From Atractiella rhizophila (taxonomy: Eukaryota): DNA of 49,544 bases. The stretch spans positions 76,211-125,754 of the forward strand of contig MU271245.1 of assembly GCA_021432655.1 (NCBI GenBank). The letters are read 5' to 3'. This document shows, piece by piece, positions 11,812-24,129 of this stretch. The position numbers and the translations under genes were made by a program. The notes below the pieces were generated by a model. That model was not told where the DNA came from, did not search any database, and worked only from the letters and a program-made list of their open reading frames with translations. Every line of letters begins with the position of its first letter. Position 1 is the first letter of the stretch.

Positions 11812-13262
11812 AGCACGGTGTGAATGAGCGGCTTGAGTACACCCTGCAGGATTTCTGTTATCTTTCTGCTCAGGCCAAGGGGGAACTTCCGATGCGCACC
11901 TTTGACATGAGCTCGAGTGTGGTTTGAACGTTTGCTTTGGAACCGTAGAGCGACCCGAGAACTGTTCAGAAGGTCACGGTAAGAGCGGGCACAACATAGA
12001 AGAGACACGAACTTTGGACCTGGGATTGAACTATCTCGGTTGTGCTGATGTTCACAGGCTCTGCAGCTACACCAACCTGATGATCAAAATCAGTGGTGTA
12101 TGCAAACACGAGAGGGAGACTTACGCAAACCATCTTCGGAGCACGTTCAAACTTCAATGCCGTATTTTTTACAGCTGCAAAGGCTTGGGCGAAAGCTTCA
12201 CAGTTTAAAGTTGGTGAGGTGTTTCTTTGACAAGAAAATGGAAAACGCACTGATAGCTTTCCCAACGAAGTCAATGGTAACATCCATATTCAGCTCTCCG
12301 GCCGCATTGAGAGCATTTAGTTCAATAGCATCGTACGCCGCCTTTGCTCCATTGTCGAGCGCCAGCTTCCTGCTTGACGGTTTCAAGTCGACTGCATAAA
12401 CTGTGGCTCCAATATCCACGCAAATTTGGACAGCTTGTAATCCCAACCCTCCAATCCCAAAAATCATTACCCTCATCCCAGGACGAACCTACATGGGATT
12501 AGATATACAATCGAAGAAGAGAGAAAAATGAACCTGAGCGGTTTCTGTTATGGCGTGGAAAGCGGTCGTGGAACAATCGCCAGTTAAGCAGGCAAGTTCC
12601 GGAGGAAGACCATGAGGGACTGGAACAAGCTGAGAGGCTTTTACAGTCACATATTCCTATGTATCTCTTCAGTTTGCACTTGAACTGACGGAATGAGAGC
12701 TGCAGACAGCATAACCTCCGTTTCTCCCAATACCCACTCCTTCGGCAATGTTCAAGCCGCGGACACATGGATCATCCACATAAACAACGTAGAGGTGACC
12801 TAGGTCGACGTGCGTGGGATCGACAGTTGAACCCAGTCTTTGGATTCATCAGAAGGAAGTGTTGCTGAAGATGGCCAGAGACTAACTTGACGGCCACACC
12901 AGCAATCTCATGTCCCATTATAAATGATGAAGGGTTGTTTACTTCCGTCAAAAGCCAGACCTTTGAAAAACCACCCAAGGAATCAACCCTACGCAAGCAG
13001 TGATACGATGAGACGTACATCTACATAAAGCGCAACAACTTCAGTAATAAGAACGTGTTCATAAAAAATTCTTACCAGTGTGGCACAAACCGCAAGCCTA
13101 GAGACAACGTGGGTCACTTCAAGCATCTCCTCAAACAAAAAAACGTACCTTTACTTCCAGTAAGACTTCATCGGGGGCAGGGGTAGGCACAGGGACGCGT
13201 TTTAAGACCGCTTGATCGTTGCCTGGAACGTACCAGGCAGAGAGCATTGTTTCTGATGACAT
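11715..13262 (-). CDS. Duplicate MDR dehydrogenase with replaced (chimeric) C-terminus
   Basis: Same exons as 8708-10276 up to PLIHTV. It then reads across the duplication junction into LCKYRLNGVNTDRQMSKAQRLNPFGCSSISPA* and loses the native last ~39 residues. Confidence 0.75.
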
Positions 13263-14788
13263 TTCCGGTAGATGGATAGGTAGAGGAGGTGAAGCAGTGA
13301 AAGGTTCCTTAACTCTTTTGCCACAACAGTTGAAGTGAGCAAGTTGTGTCGAAAACAATACCGTCATCTAAGCTTTTATAGTGAGGCCTCTGGACCAATG
13401 CTGGACACTTCATTCTTAGACGAAGAAATATTCCCGCGGTTCTCTGCAGACGACCGACTCCATGGAGGAAAACGAGAGAAGCGAGGAATACTTACAAAGT
13501 TCTACCAACTGGGCCGGGACAAAACACAGGTTATTGTTTTACAACATAGGATCGGATTGATTGCTCTTGGCAAATAGTCCGGCCACGGTGCGTAGCAATA
13601 TTCACAGGAGGTTGTACTAGCCGTACAATCTGAGTAAAGCTATCACATGGAGTAATTACTGGAAAGGGGGCTGTAAACTTCGAAGAAACTGAGGCTACTT
13701 TGTGCACCTTCTTAGCCGTTGCCGACAAACGGATGAACTTGGCGAAGGGTTGGAGGAGACAAACAAATGAAGCTTAAAGGTGGTAGATATCAAAGAAGGC
13801 AACCGAATGTAATACTATGATGTTATAGAGCGACTTTTGTGTAAGGGTAGTTGCAAACCTCCGGGAGTATGTCAAAGCGGATGCTCTCAGTTGTGTGTCA
13901 AGACAATGTTTGGTATTTCGAACCAAAAGCACTCCACGATATCAAAATTTGATGCCTCAAACCCAAAGTGGAGCAACTTGATCCCGCTTGATCAACCACG
14001 ACCAAAGGAAGAGGATGACGTGGCTTGAAAGGAGAGCAACACACGGTCATTAATTTTCCATAATCAGATCCCAAGCAGTATTCAGACAGGCCCTACTCGA
14101 CACTATTGTTGGATAACACCTAGAACTAATTTGCACGTGCTCTGCAAGAATATGGTGATGACATAATCGTCCGCCCGACCCGAGACGTGATGTCCTGCAC
14201 ATCTTGATTTTGCTCCTCACACAGGATCTTGCTGGCTGCAGGTCGCTTGTGCTGCCGTCCATGGATTGGAGGTGGTAGAGAAGATTTTGGAAGGGAACGA
14301 TGAAACCACATTCCCGTTGTCGAGAACCGTTGCTTTCAACCAGTTGGCGAACATGTCAAGGATCGCTTGACTTGGAATGGGAATAGTCCCAAGGTACGAC
14401 TGTTGTCTCTGCAAGGGTGCACGGGTTCCAAAGAGATCTAATACAGTTCTATGGCTTGTGTTATGAAAAAAAAGCCTTGTTTCGGCCGTGCCACTTCGTG
14501 ACATCTGGCCAAAGTTGGCTTCACGTACTTTACTGGTGCAGGAATCGTGAATGTTGTTGTTGATGGTGAATTGATGGCTGTGGAAGCCATGGTGGATGGA
14601 TGGATCTCCGCCAAATCGCTCTGTAGAGCAAATTTTGCTGAGCGAGAAAATATAGCTACACCGACGAGAAGATTTAGCTACTGGAACGTCGTCATGCAGG
14701 CGAAATGCTGCTCCAACCGAACGGATTGAGCCTTTGAGCCTTTGACATCTGCCTGTCTGTATTTACACCATTCAGACGATATTTACAC
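11813..14788. repeat. Tandem duplication unit B (about 2976 bp)
   Basis: Copy of 8827-11811. SNPs and small indels were seen only in the right half of the unit. Confidence 0.97.
14217..14590 (-). CDS. Candidate small two-exon orphan protein (about 106 aa), copy B
   Basis: Duplicate of 11240-11613. Head-to-head with the ATPase (ATG 14903). Confidence 0.4.
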
Positions 14789-14823
14789 TCTGGATCTGGT
14801 CCACCATTTCATATGCTGGAGCC

Positions 14824-14830
14824 TATAAAA
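14824..14830 (+). promoter_or_regulatory. TATA box of the P-type ATPase gene
   Basis: TATAAAA about 80 nt upstream of ATG 14903. Confidence 0.5.
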
Positions 14831-14902
14831 GGCCATCCTGCTTCATCAACGTTCCTGCTTCAGCTTCTCCTGAATCAAGTACTTGCAACCAGCTAAGGCA
14901 TC

Positions 14903-17900
14903 ATGATGGACGAAAAGGAGAAAGATTTTTCGCTAGACATGGAGTCCACTTTCACAAGCCAAGAACTTACAAGACAGGTTGCTCGAACTAAGTCAAGACC
15001 CCTTCGATTGACGCGAACTGGGAGCCACGGATCGGGACAGAATACGCCCGTTCTCCCTGGCGCCAGGCTCCCCGGTATCTATAGGACCCTGAGGTTAGTA
15101 CTATTGTACAATCCAGGAGTGAGACTCACAAAACGGCAGCATCCAAGTCGAGGAAACGACGCAGTCCTTTCATTCAGCACCAGACAAGCGTACGCAGAAG
15201 GATGTCGATGGTCTGCACACAGTCTCTTTCTTCATGTAGCATTTCTAACACCTTGCCATCCTTCAGATCTGAGCTCCCTGAAGTACCACAAGCTTACGGT
15301 GCCAGAACTCCTCACATCTCAAAGCACCTCTCCCACGCTAGGTTTAGACGCTTCTCAGATTCAACGGAGGCTTCAGCGATACGGAAAGAACGTGATCACC
15401 CCACCACCGAAGAACTGGGGACGCAAAATTTTCTTTTACTTCATGGGGGGCTTCGGCTCTCTGCTCTTGGGAGCGTCGATTATCTGCTTCGTTGCTTGGA
15501 AGCCCCTTGGTCATCCCGTAGGTTTTCCGCGCCCGCTTCCTCAGATCTCCACCTGACGTGGTCCTGTTCAACTTTACAGCCTGCTCCTGCAAACCTGGCT
15601 CTCGCTATCGTTCTGCTTGTCGTCATTGGTATCCAGGCTGTTTTCAATGCCTGGCAGGACTGGTCTACCACTCGGGTCATGGCTTCAATCCAGGGCTTGA
15701 TTGGAGCTGAAGCTCTAGTCATTCGCGATGGGAAGATGCTCACCATTAGTGCGCGCGATCTCGTACCTGGAGATCTTATCAAGGTGTGTGTCCCCACGAA
15801 TCCTTAGAAACCTTTTGAAGGTGAGGCAGATTTCTTTGGGTCAAAAAATGCCTGCCGATGTGAGGATCATTGAGACTTCTGGAGACCTCAAATTCGATAG
15901 GTCTATTCTCACTGGCGAATCAGACGCTGTTACGGGAACTGTAGACTCGAATGAGACTAATTGTGCGATTATCCTCAAATAAAAATGTCACTGCTAACTC
16001 ACACCACTTTAGTCCTCGAGGCGAGCAACATCGCGTTGCAAGGGACGCTTTGTACATCTGGCAGTGGTACTGGCGTAGTCATTCTCACCGGCGATATGAC
16101 GGTCTTTGGAAGAATTGCGAAACTATCAAGTACCGAGAACACCAGAAGGACGACTCTTGAGAATGAAATTCTCCGATTTGTCATGCACGCCTCTCTCCTC
16201 TGTCTTACATGCGATGCTGATATCGCAGTGCAGAATAATTGCCAGTCTGGCTTTCACTTTTGCCAGTCTGATCGTCATTCTTTGGGCTTCTTGGTTGAGA
16301 AGGTGCGCGTCATTTCCTGGAACGTCTCTTGGTATTCATGACTAGACAGAGTTCATCCCGGTTTCATTAACGTCCCAACTCTTCTTGTTGACGTCGTCTC
16401 GGTCGCAGTCGCTTTCATTCCCGAAGGCCTTCCTGTTTGCGTGACTCTCTCGCTCACTATCATCGCCAATGCCATGCGAAAGAATGGTGTACGTTTATCT
16501 GTCCTTGCCTGCCCCTTTGTTTCATAACGAATGCAACCTTAGGTGCTCTGTAAAACTCTTGCGACTGTGGAAACCCTTGGAGCTGTCGACATCCTGCTTT
16601 CTGACAAGACCGGGACGCTAACTACAAATAAAATGACCGTTCGGAATGTCGCTTTCCACAACACGCAACTGCTAGCTCCTGCCGCGAGAGATGAAGTTGT
16701 GCTTCAATCATCGCTCGGTACCTGCGTTAAGGAAATCGCGACAATTGCTGCCCTTTGTAACGATGCCAGCTTTGACGAAGCCGAAGATGACTTCGACCCT
16801 AACAAGGCCAAGGTAAACGGTGATGCTACTGGTGTGCCCTTTCTTCTGCCTTTGATCTGCACTCACAGAAGTTAGATTCCGGCCTATTACGATTTGCCCA
16901 AAGTATCAACGACGTTACTACTGTGAGATTGCAATGGAATGAAGTTGCTAAGCTCCCATTTAACTCTAGTGCGTATTTCACTTGAATTTTAACCCTACTA
17001 ACAACCTTCTGGCCTGCAGAGAATAAGTTTGCGGCTAAGGTACTGCAGCCTAAAGGGGGGCTGAAGTCGGCTTCCACAATTTCACTCAATCTCCCTGACT
17101 TCAAGGATAACGATTATATCCTCCTTGCTAAAGGAGTAAGTGAAATCACTCGTGGAGGATGATACATCTCACTTTCCGTGCAGGCGCCAGATGTCTTGAT
17201 GCCACGATGCAGCCATATTCTCTCGCCTGATAACACAATTGTCCCATTTGACGCATCCGCCTATGCCTCACTCGTGCAAGTCCAAACGAACTTCGCGTCT
17301 CACGGTCAGCGAGTCTTGTTGCTTGCGAAGAGGTATATCTCGAAAATGGACTGGGACAAAGCAGCACAAGACGAAGCACAGTCACTTTCTGATTATATAA
17401 CTGGGGCCGTTCACGACTTAGTAATCGTAGGCCTTGCGTCCTTGGTAGACCCTCCCCGCGATGACACTGCTGAAACTGTCAGCACGTGTAGAAAGGTAAT
17501 CTCCTGCCCCACGGTTAGAGCGGTTGCTCATATCTACGACAGGCTGGCATTCGTTTCGCTATGGTGACGGGCGACTTTGCATTGTGAGTTCTCTGTCAGG
17601 TTCACTAACATCTCAGACCTTTCTTTTGTGCAGAACGGCGGAATCAATAGCAAAGCAGATTGGCATTATCACGACCACTCAAATTGACTACGTTTCAAAC
17701 TTGTCGAAGGAAGCGGAGTCTGTTCCACTCTATGATCCGAACTCCGATAGGGGACTACGAAGCTTGGTGCTGACGGGAACGGACTTGATGTCCATGACGG
17801 AGCTACAGTGGAAGCAAGCTCTTCAATATGACGAATTGGTCTTTGCACGGACAACACCTCAACAGAAGTTGATGATCACCAAGCGCTTCCAAGCTGAAGG

Positions 17901-19727
17901 ACGATGCGTCGCAGTTACGGGCGATGGTGTGAATGATAGTCCAGCACTCAAGGTTCGAGGAATGTCCCTTTCTACCAGGCGCATTCTAACATCCTTGTTA
18001 GGCCGCTGACGTCGGAATTGCGATTGGTGGTGGATCTGAGGTCGCTTCGGTTAGTCTTTTCTATGAAGCGTTGTTTAACTAACATCGTGTCGACTCTACA
18101 GGAAGCAGCAGATTTAGTACTTTTAGGTAATCTATCTGCAATCACTACCGCTGTCCTTTATGGCCGGATGTGTTTCGAGAATCTGAAAAAAGTCGTTCTA
18201 TACCTTCGTTAGTCCTTTCCTCATTCCAGGAGTCCGTGTTTTAATTCCTCTTCCTCAACAGTCCCTGCTGGAAGTTTTAGCGAGCTCGTACCCGTACTTC
18301 TCAACGTGCTTTTTGGACTCCCTCAAATTCTGTCGTCCATCCAAATGATCTTGATCTGCGTGGCTACTGATGTCCTCCCCGCCCTTTCCCTCATCAACGA
18401 AAAAGCAGAAAAGGACATCATGCTGCAGAAACCTCGCGATAGAAAAAAGGATCGCATGGTCGATTGGAGGCTGCTGTTGCACGCTTATGGCTTCTTGGGC
18501 TTAACTGAATCCCTTTGCGCCAACGTGAGTAGTAGTCTGAGTTCTATGGGTCTGCTCAATAAGGGTATTACTTAGGCTTTTGCCTTCTATTTCGGAACAT
18601 CCTTGTTAGGCCGCTGACGTCGGAATAGCGATTGGTGGTGGATCCGAGGTCGCTTCGGTTAGTCTTTTCTCTGAAGCGTTGTTTAACTAACATCGTGTCA
18701 ACTCTACAGGAAGCAGCGGATTTAGTACTTTTAGGCAATCTATCTGCAATCACTACCGCTGTCCTTTATGGCCGGATGTGTTTCGAGAATCTGAAAAAAG
18801 TCGTTCTATACCTTCGTTAGTCCCTTCCTCATTCCAGGAGTCCGTGTCTTAATCCCTCTTCCTCAACAGTCCCTGCTGGAAGCTTTAGCGAGCTCGTACC
18901 AGTACTTCTCAACGTGCTTTTCGGACTACCTCAAATTCTGTCGTCCATCCAAATGATCTTGATCTGCGTGGCTACTGATGTCCTTCCCGCCCTTTCCCTC
19001 ATCAACGAAAAGGCAGAAAAGGACATCATGCTGCAGAAACCTCGCGATAGAAAAAAGGATCGCATGGTCGATTGGAGGCTGCTGTTGCACGCTTATGGCT
19101 TCTTGGGCTTAACTGAATCCCTTTGCGCCAACGTGAGTAATAGCCTGAGTTCTATGGGTCTGCTCAATAAGGGTATTACTTAGGCTTTTGCCTTCTATTT
19201 CGGATTCGTTCGAAAGGGCATACCTTTCTCAAAGATCTGGCTAGCTTAGTGCGAACAACTCCTTAGATTCTGGATATGTTACTGACTTTTGACATAGTGA
19301 GGGCGTTGACGTGGAGCCCGAACTGTACGCAGAAGCAACGAATCGTGCTCAAGCGATCTACTTTTTCACACTCGTGATAATGCAATGGGGTGCGCACTTC
19401 CTTGTCACTGTGTAACCGGCTCAACGCTGGACAGGTAACCTACTCGCAACGCGCACACGTCGATTATCCGTTGTTCAGCAACCACCTGTTGGCCGATCGA
19501 CAACGTCGAATTTGTTCCTCTTTCCTGCCATGCTGGCTGCTCTTTCCCTCGCCATTTTCTTCAGCTACATTCCGTTTTTTCAGAATACCTTCTTAACAAG
19601 AGGTGTCCACATTCAGCACTTTTTCCTACCGATCGCCACGGGCCTAGGGCTTCTATTACTGGACGAGACGAGGAAAGCTGCTGTTAGAAGATGGCCAAAT
19701 GGCTTATTGGCGAAGATTGCCTGGTGA
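14903..19727 (+). CDS. P-type cation ATPase, Na+/K+-ATPase-like (fungal ACU-like), with an internal 608-bp duplication
   Basis: Motifs TGES (15912), FIPEGLP, DKTGTLT (phosphorylated Asp, about 16603), LVDPPR, MVTGD, VFARTTPQQK, TGDGVNDSPALK and LPAGSFSEL. Stop at 19727. The subfamily call rests on remembered family motifs. Confidence 0.9.
17989..19204. repeat. Intragenic tandem duplication, 2 x 608 bp
   Basis: 17989-18596 is repeated at 18597-19204 with 1-nt junction microhomology. About 17 substitutions counted by eye. Confidence 0.97.
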
Positions 19728-20251
19728 TAACGGCACCGTCCATGATTTAGAGATGTTTGTCCTTCCGCGACAACGTTGTGTCAGATTATCACGTAAATCT
19801 ATTTTGTAATGAAATGAAACCAAAATCGCAATGTTATGGCTGGTTTAGTGACAATTGGTTCATTCAATTGCCTGGGCCGGATTTCAGACCATCTGCAATT
19901 CGAAGCAGACGGAATTAGCCTGAATCGTCAACTTGTTCTGCCTTTCTGTGGCGAGCGTGTGGATGGGGAGTTTCAATGGAAGGAGCAATTACGAAAGGAA
20001 GCCGAGCCATTAGGCCCTTGCCCTGGCAACAGAGCTTCAAGCTGAAGCAATAGAAACTTCAAGTTTCTAAGCTTGGATTCTTCCACCTTGCACCTCCGCT
20101 CAAGCTGTCTCCACCTCCAATCTCCTCGTGCTCTATCGGGCTAAGAGCGCAGATAGATTTTCCGGCTGGAAAGAGCTTTCCCAAGGTTTTGAAGCATGCC
20201 TTAAAATCCCAGGGTAGGGTTGCGATGTCCTAGGCAGTTTATCTTTCTATC

Positions 20252-22598
20252 ATGAAGCTCTTGAACTCCAGTCATGCCTGTTCCTCGCTTTTTCAGCTCG
20301 CTCCGCTCCTCCTTCCCAATTTGACCAGTTACGTAGCCCAGGATTATCCAGCTGGGACCACCTTCACTGAGCCGACTGGTGCGTGTTACTTCTTCCATGG
20401 TACATGCCAAAGGTAATGAGAAGTTTGCACACTGCAGCTGTTTTGGGTTACAACACTCCCGTTCCCAATCTCAGCGCGTTTTGTCGCTACGGTGGAGAGA
20501 TCAAGACGTCTTCTTCATCGAAGGTGAGTATATCTCGTTTGTATTTAAGCTAGTGGAGTTAAAGACTCATTCTGAATCCTTTTTCTAGACGCGCTTCGAA
20601 ATATGGTTGCCAACCGCTGGAGAATGGAATGGGCGGTTTGCATTCGTTGGAAATGGCGGAGACGCAGGAGGAATTAATTATCCTGCGATGGTATGACTGA
20701 AACTCTCATTATCGCCTTTATGCTGAATCAGTGGGTAGGGCATCCCGCTGAGCAAATATCATTTCGCTGGTCAATCCACAAGTTGTTTTGTCACAACTGC
20801 TTGTAACTGATGTGTTCTCGTGGGATGTCTCAGTTGCGAGTACAGACACTGGACACAACAGCACTGGTAAGTTCTCATCTGAAAAATTCCAGAGCTCTAA
20901 AGCGACCTTTTGACAGCCTTCGATGGTACCTTTGCACTTTTGGGAGATCAAGTTCAGATTGATTTCGGCTGGAGAGCCGTGCATTTAAGCACTGTTTATG
21001 CGAAGGCAATCGCCAAGGTTGTCAAGATTGCTCTGTCGCGATTTTCATGAGCTAATGGGGATGCTGTTTCAGGCATACTATGGCTCCAAGCCCAAATATG
21101 CCTATTGGCTCGGATGTTCAAGTGGCGGAAAGCAAGGCTTGAAGGAAGCGCAAATGTTCCCGGAAGACTATGATGGCATTATGGCTGGTACGATGTTTTC
21201 ATTCAGAGAACTTCAGGCTGACATCTCTACAAAAGGTGCTGCTGCCCAATGGTGGCCGCATCTGAATGGATGGACATGTAATCCGTTTGCTCCTCGGGTC
21301 CCAACACTCACATCAGGATGCAGATCGTGTCAATGGGATTACAAATCCAGTCAACTCGACCGGTCATCTAACAAGTGTAGATTATGCTACCATCGGAGCG
21401 TTGGTGCTGCAGCAATGTGATGGACTCGACGGGGTCGAGGATGGCATTATCCTTAATCCCCGAAAATGTCATCCTGACCTTAGTTCTCTCGAAAGCCAAC
21501 TGTCTGCCGCCAAGCTTGAAACCATGAAGAACGTCTGGGCAAACTGGACAGCGCAAGATAACGGCGAGCTCATGTTTTTCGGCTTCGAACCAGGATCCGA
21601 GGGTTACTCTGCTTTCAGTGTTACAGGAGTTCCGTTTGGCCCAGCTCGTCAGTGTTTTGACATATTCCAGAAGCTGGATTGCTGATGCCACCGTGCAGCT
21701 GATTATTTCAGGTATCAGGTAGCTTATTCGGTACAACGTAAATTGTGGGCTGAAATAGGATAAAGGTCTTGAACGAGACGACTGTCGGATCTTTTTCTGC
21801 AAATGATACAGAGCTGCTTCGCCTCACAAGAATCGCGGACGTCACCGATCCTGGTCAAACAAATGCCATAGATCCAAACATCAGAGATTTTCTAAACCGA
21901 GGTAAACTCATGACTTTCGTCGGACTTTCTGGTGAGCATCTTCCTTGCCCCACATTGTAATCTTGCTAAGGAGGTCTAGATACATTGATACCGTAAGTTC
22001 CCGTGGTTCAGAGCGATATTTCGGCATCTTATACCTGAGAAACAGATCTGGAAGCACTCTCTGGTATTACGAGCACGTTAGGTCGGCTCTCAAAGGATTT
22101 GACATTAGCAAGAGCTACAGGCTGTTCGCAGGTACGCAGCCTCTCCTATGAAATAAACGTTGCGGCTCACAATACTGTTTAGTGCCAGGAATGCTGTAAG
22201 CTGCTTCACTAGTTCTCGTACGAGTAATAATCATTGTTGTCTCTCTAGTCACTGCGGCGGCGGGAACGGAGCATACAATTTCGGAGGACCAGGACAGAGC
22301 GACCTTTCGATCAACGGAACATTGCAATCCTCAGTCTTCGATGCACAACATGATGCGATACTGGCGCTAATGCAGTGGACGGAGAAAGGGGTTGCTCCCA
22401 ATGAACTAATTGGTAGCAAATACGTCAACGTATGTCGTGGTTCTCTCACTAGTGAGCCTGACTGACAAATCGTGGTAGGACAATAAAAATGATGGCGTTA
22501 AGTTTGAGAGGAAGCTTTGCCCATATCCTCAAGAAGGTGTTTACATTGGAGGAGATTCCAACAAGGCTGAGAGCTTCACTTGTAAATTCGTAGGTTAA
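20252..22598 (+). CDS. Tannase/feruloyl esterase family alpha/beta hydrolase
   Basis: FEIWLP..WNGRFAFVGNGGDAGGINY, ASTDTGH, DFGWRAVH, nucleophile motif GCSSGGKQG, GLSDTLIP (Asp), PGMLHCGGG (His), RKLCPYP. Many short introns. The 5' end is uncertain. Confidence 0.9.
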
Positions 22599-23106
22599 TG
22601 CTACGTCGGAGCCACCAAAATCCGCATGGGGAGATAGTGGCACACGTTATTCTCATTCTTTATACCTTAATCTAAGGATTGCATTGCATTCATGGATATA
22701 TGATTTATTGAGCGATTTCAAGTTTAATTATGATGAGAGTGAAGCCTTTACTGGACATTGAATGTGCAGCCAATGGAGGCAAGCTATTTAAAACGACTAG
22801 CTGAACGTCAATACATCCCATGTTCTGGAGATCCTGCTTTTGACAAAAGTGCACTACACGGTAGTGTTGTCATCATGCATGTTAAGGACGTTCCGAAGCT
22901 TCACTGAGCGAAACGATATGATCCAAGAGTCATTAGAAACAAGGCGTCAAGGCACGCCGTTCGACAACACCATCGATAGCTGCGTGACCACGTCTAAAAC
23001 AAAGCACGACGCGTGCAATTACAATGAAAGCACAAGAGCAAAGTATACACTTGGTAGACCTCACATCACACCCACTGAAAAGCGAAAAAGGAACGCACGC
23101 AGCCAA

Positions 23107-23862
23107 TCAGTCGTAATCGTCATCTTCTACCAGTTCCCTCCTTTCTCCTCCTCCTTCTCCCGCAGGCAAAACCTCGTCCATTTCCATCTCTTCATCCTCA
23201 TCTCTACCACCCACATTTCCGCCTTCTGCCTCACTCACTCCCGCCCCATCTACGCCATCCATACCCTCCGCTTCTTCTGCCCCTGCTTCCGACGCGGCGC
23301 GTTTCCGCTTTTCGCCTGGCTTGATCACTGGCACAATTTCGAAATTTGGGTTGGTGAGACGGTCCCGCGGTGGCGGCAGTCGAGTTGAAGAGGAGGGTTG
23401 AGGGAGGGGGAGGGAGTTGACGGTGTTGGCGAGGGAGAGCAGCAGCTGCAAGATGACATGAATTCAGAGGGAAGAGAAGAGAAGCTGGAATGTACCTCTT
23501 TCGATGATCCACCTCTAGTCCCCGTGGAGGAGCCTTCGTTCCGATACTGTATAGCCAGCAACACGTCTTCTCGAGTAAGAGTGCTTCCACTCCCCCGCGC
23601 ATGCTCAGCATAGCTCATTGCATCCGTCAATATGCCAATCGTGTACCCTATACCCATTAGTCGTGCCATAGAACAAAGCCATTCCCAACACTATCAGCCA
23701 CCGCTATTTGGCTTGATGGGTAAAGGGAGACCAACGAGAAGCGAACTCCGTCAACATGGGTAGCACGCCGTCTTCTGCTGATTGCGCGCCGAGGGAAGCG
23801 AGTAAAATGGCACTTATACGTGCATTTCGTGGGAGCATATGCGGCTTGACAGGGGTGGCCAT
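23107..23862 (-). CDS. TAF9: TFIID/SAGA subunit TAF9 (histone fold)
   Basis: PRNARISAILLASLG..VLPMLTEFASR/YTIGILTDAMSYAEHA..LTREDVLLAI../LLLSLANTVNSLPLP..RLPPPRDRLTNPNF, followed by an acidic tail. Confidence 0.9.
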
Positions 23863-23926
23863 CTTCGAATGGTTTGGCGTCGTCTTGTGGCGTTTTGTTC
23901 GGGATGAGCCTGGCAAGATTCTGAGG

Positions 23927-23935
23927 ATCACGTGA
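23927..23935. promoter_or_regulatory. E-box / Cbf1-type motif upstream of TAF9
   Basis: ATCACGTGA about 65 nt upstream of the TAF9 ATG. The same core occurs at 33268. Confidence 0.35.
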
Positions 23936-24129
23936 AGTATACCTAGAAGTGAGTAAATCTGATCTAAAGCAACACTTCCCTTTTAGCTTCAGTGAAGGCG
24001 AAGAATACTAAAGTCTAATGCCACCTGATATCGAGTGCGAAGCTGGTACAACATGGAAATACCTTCTGTTGCATCCATTAACCTTTAGAAGTATATACAG
24101 GTACTTTTCATACCATTAGACATCGATGA

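Noticed and set aside
8827..14788. Duplication as LTRs or another transposon structure
   Set aside because: No TG..CA ends, TIRs, target-site duplication or transposase/RT coding sequence. The unit contains host genes.
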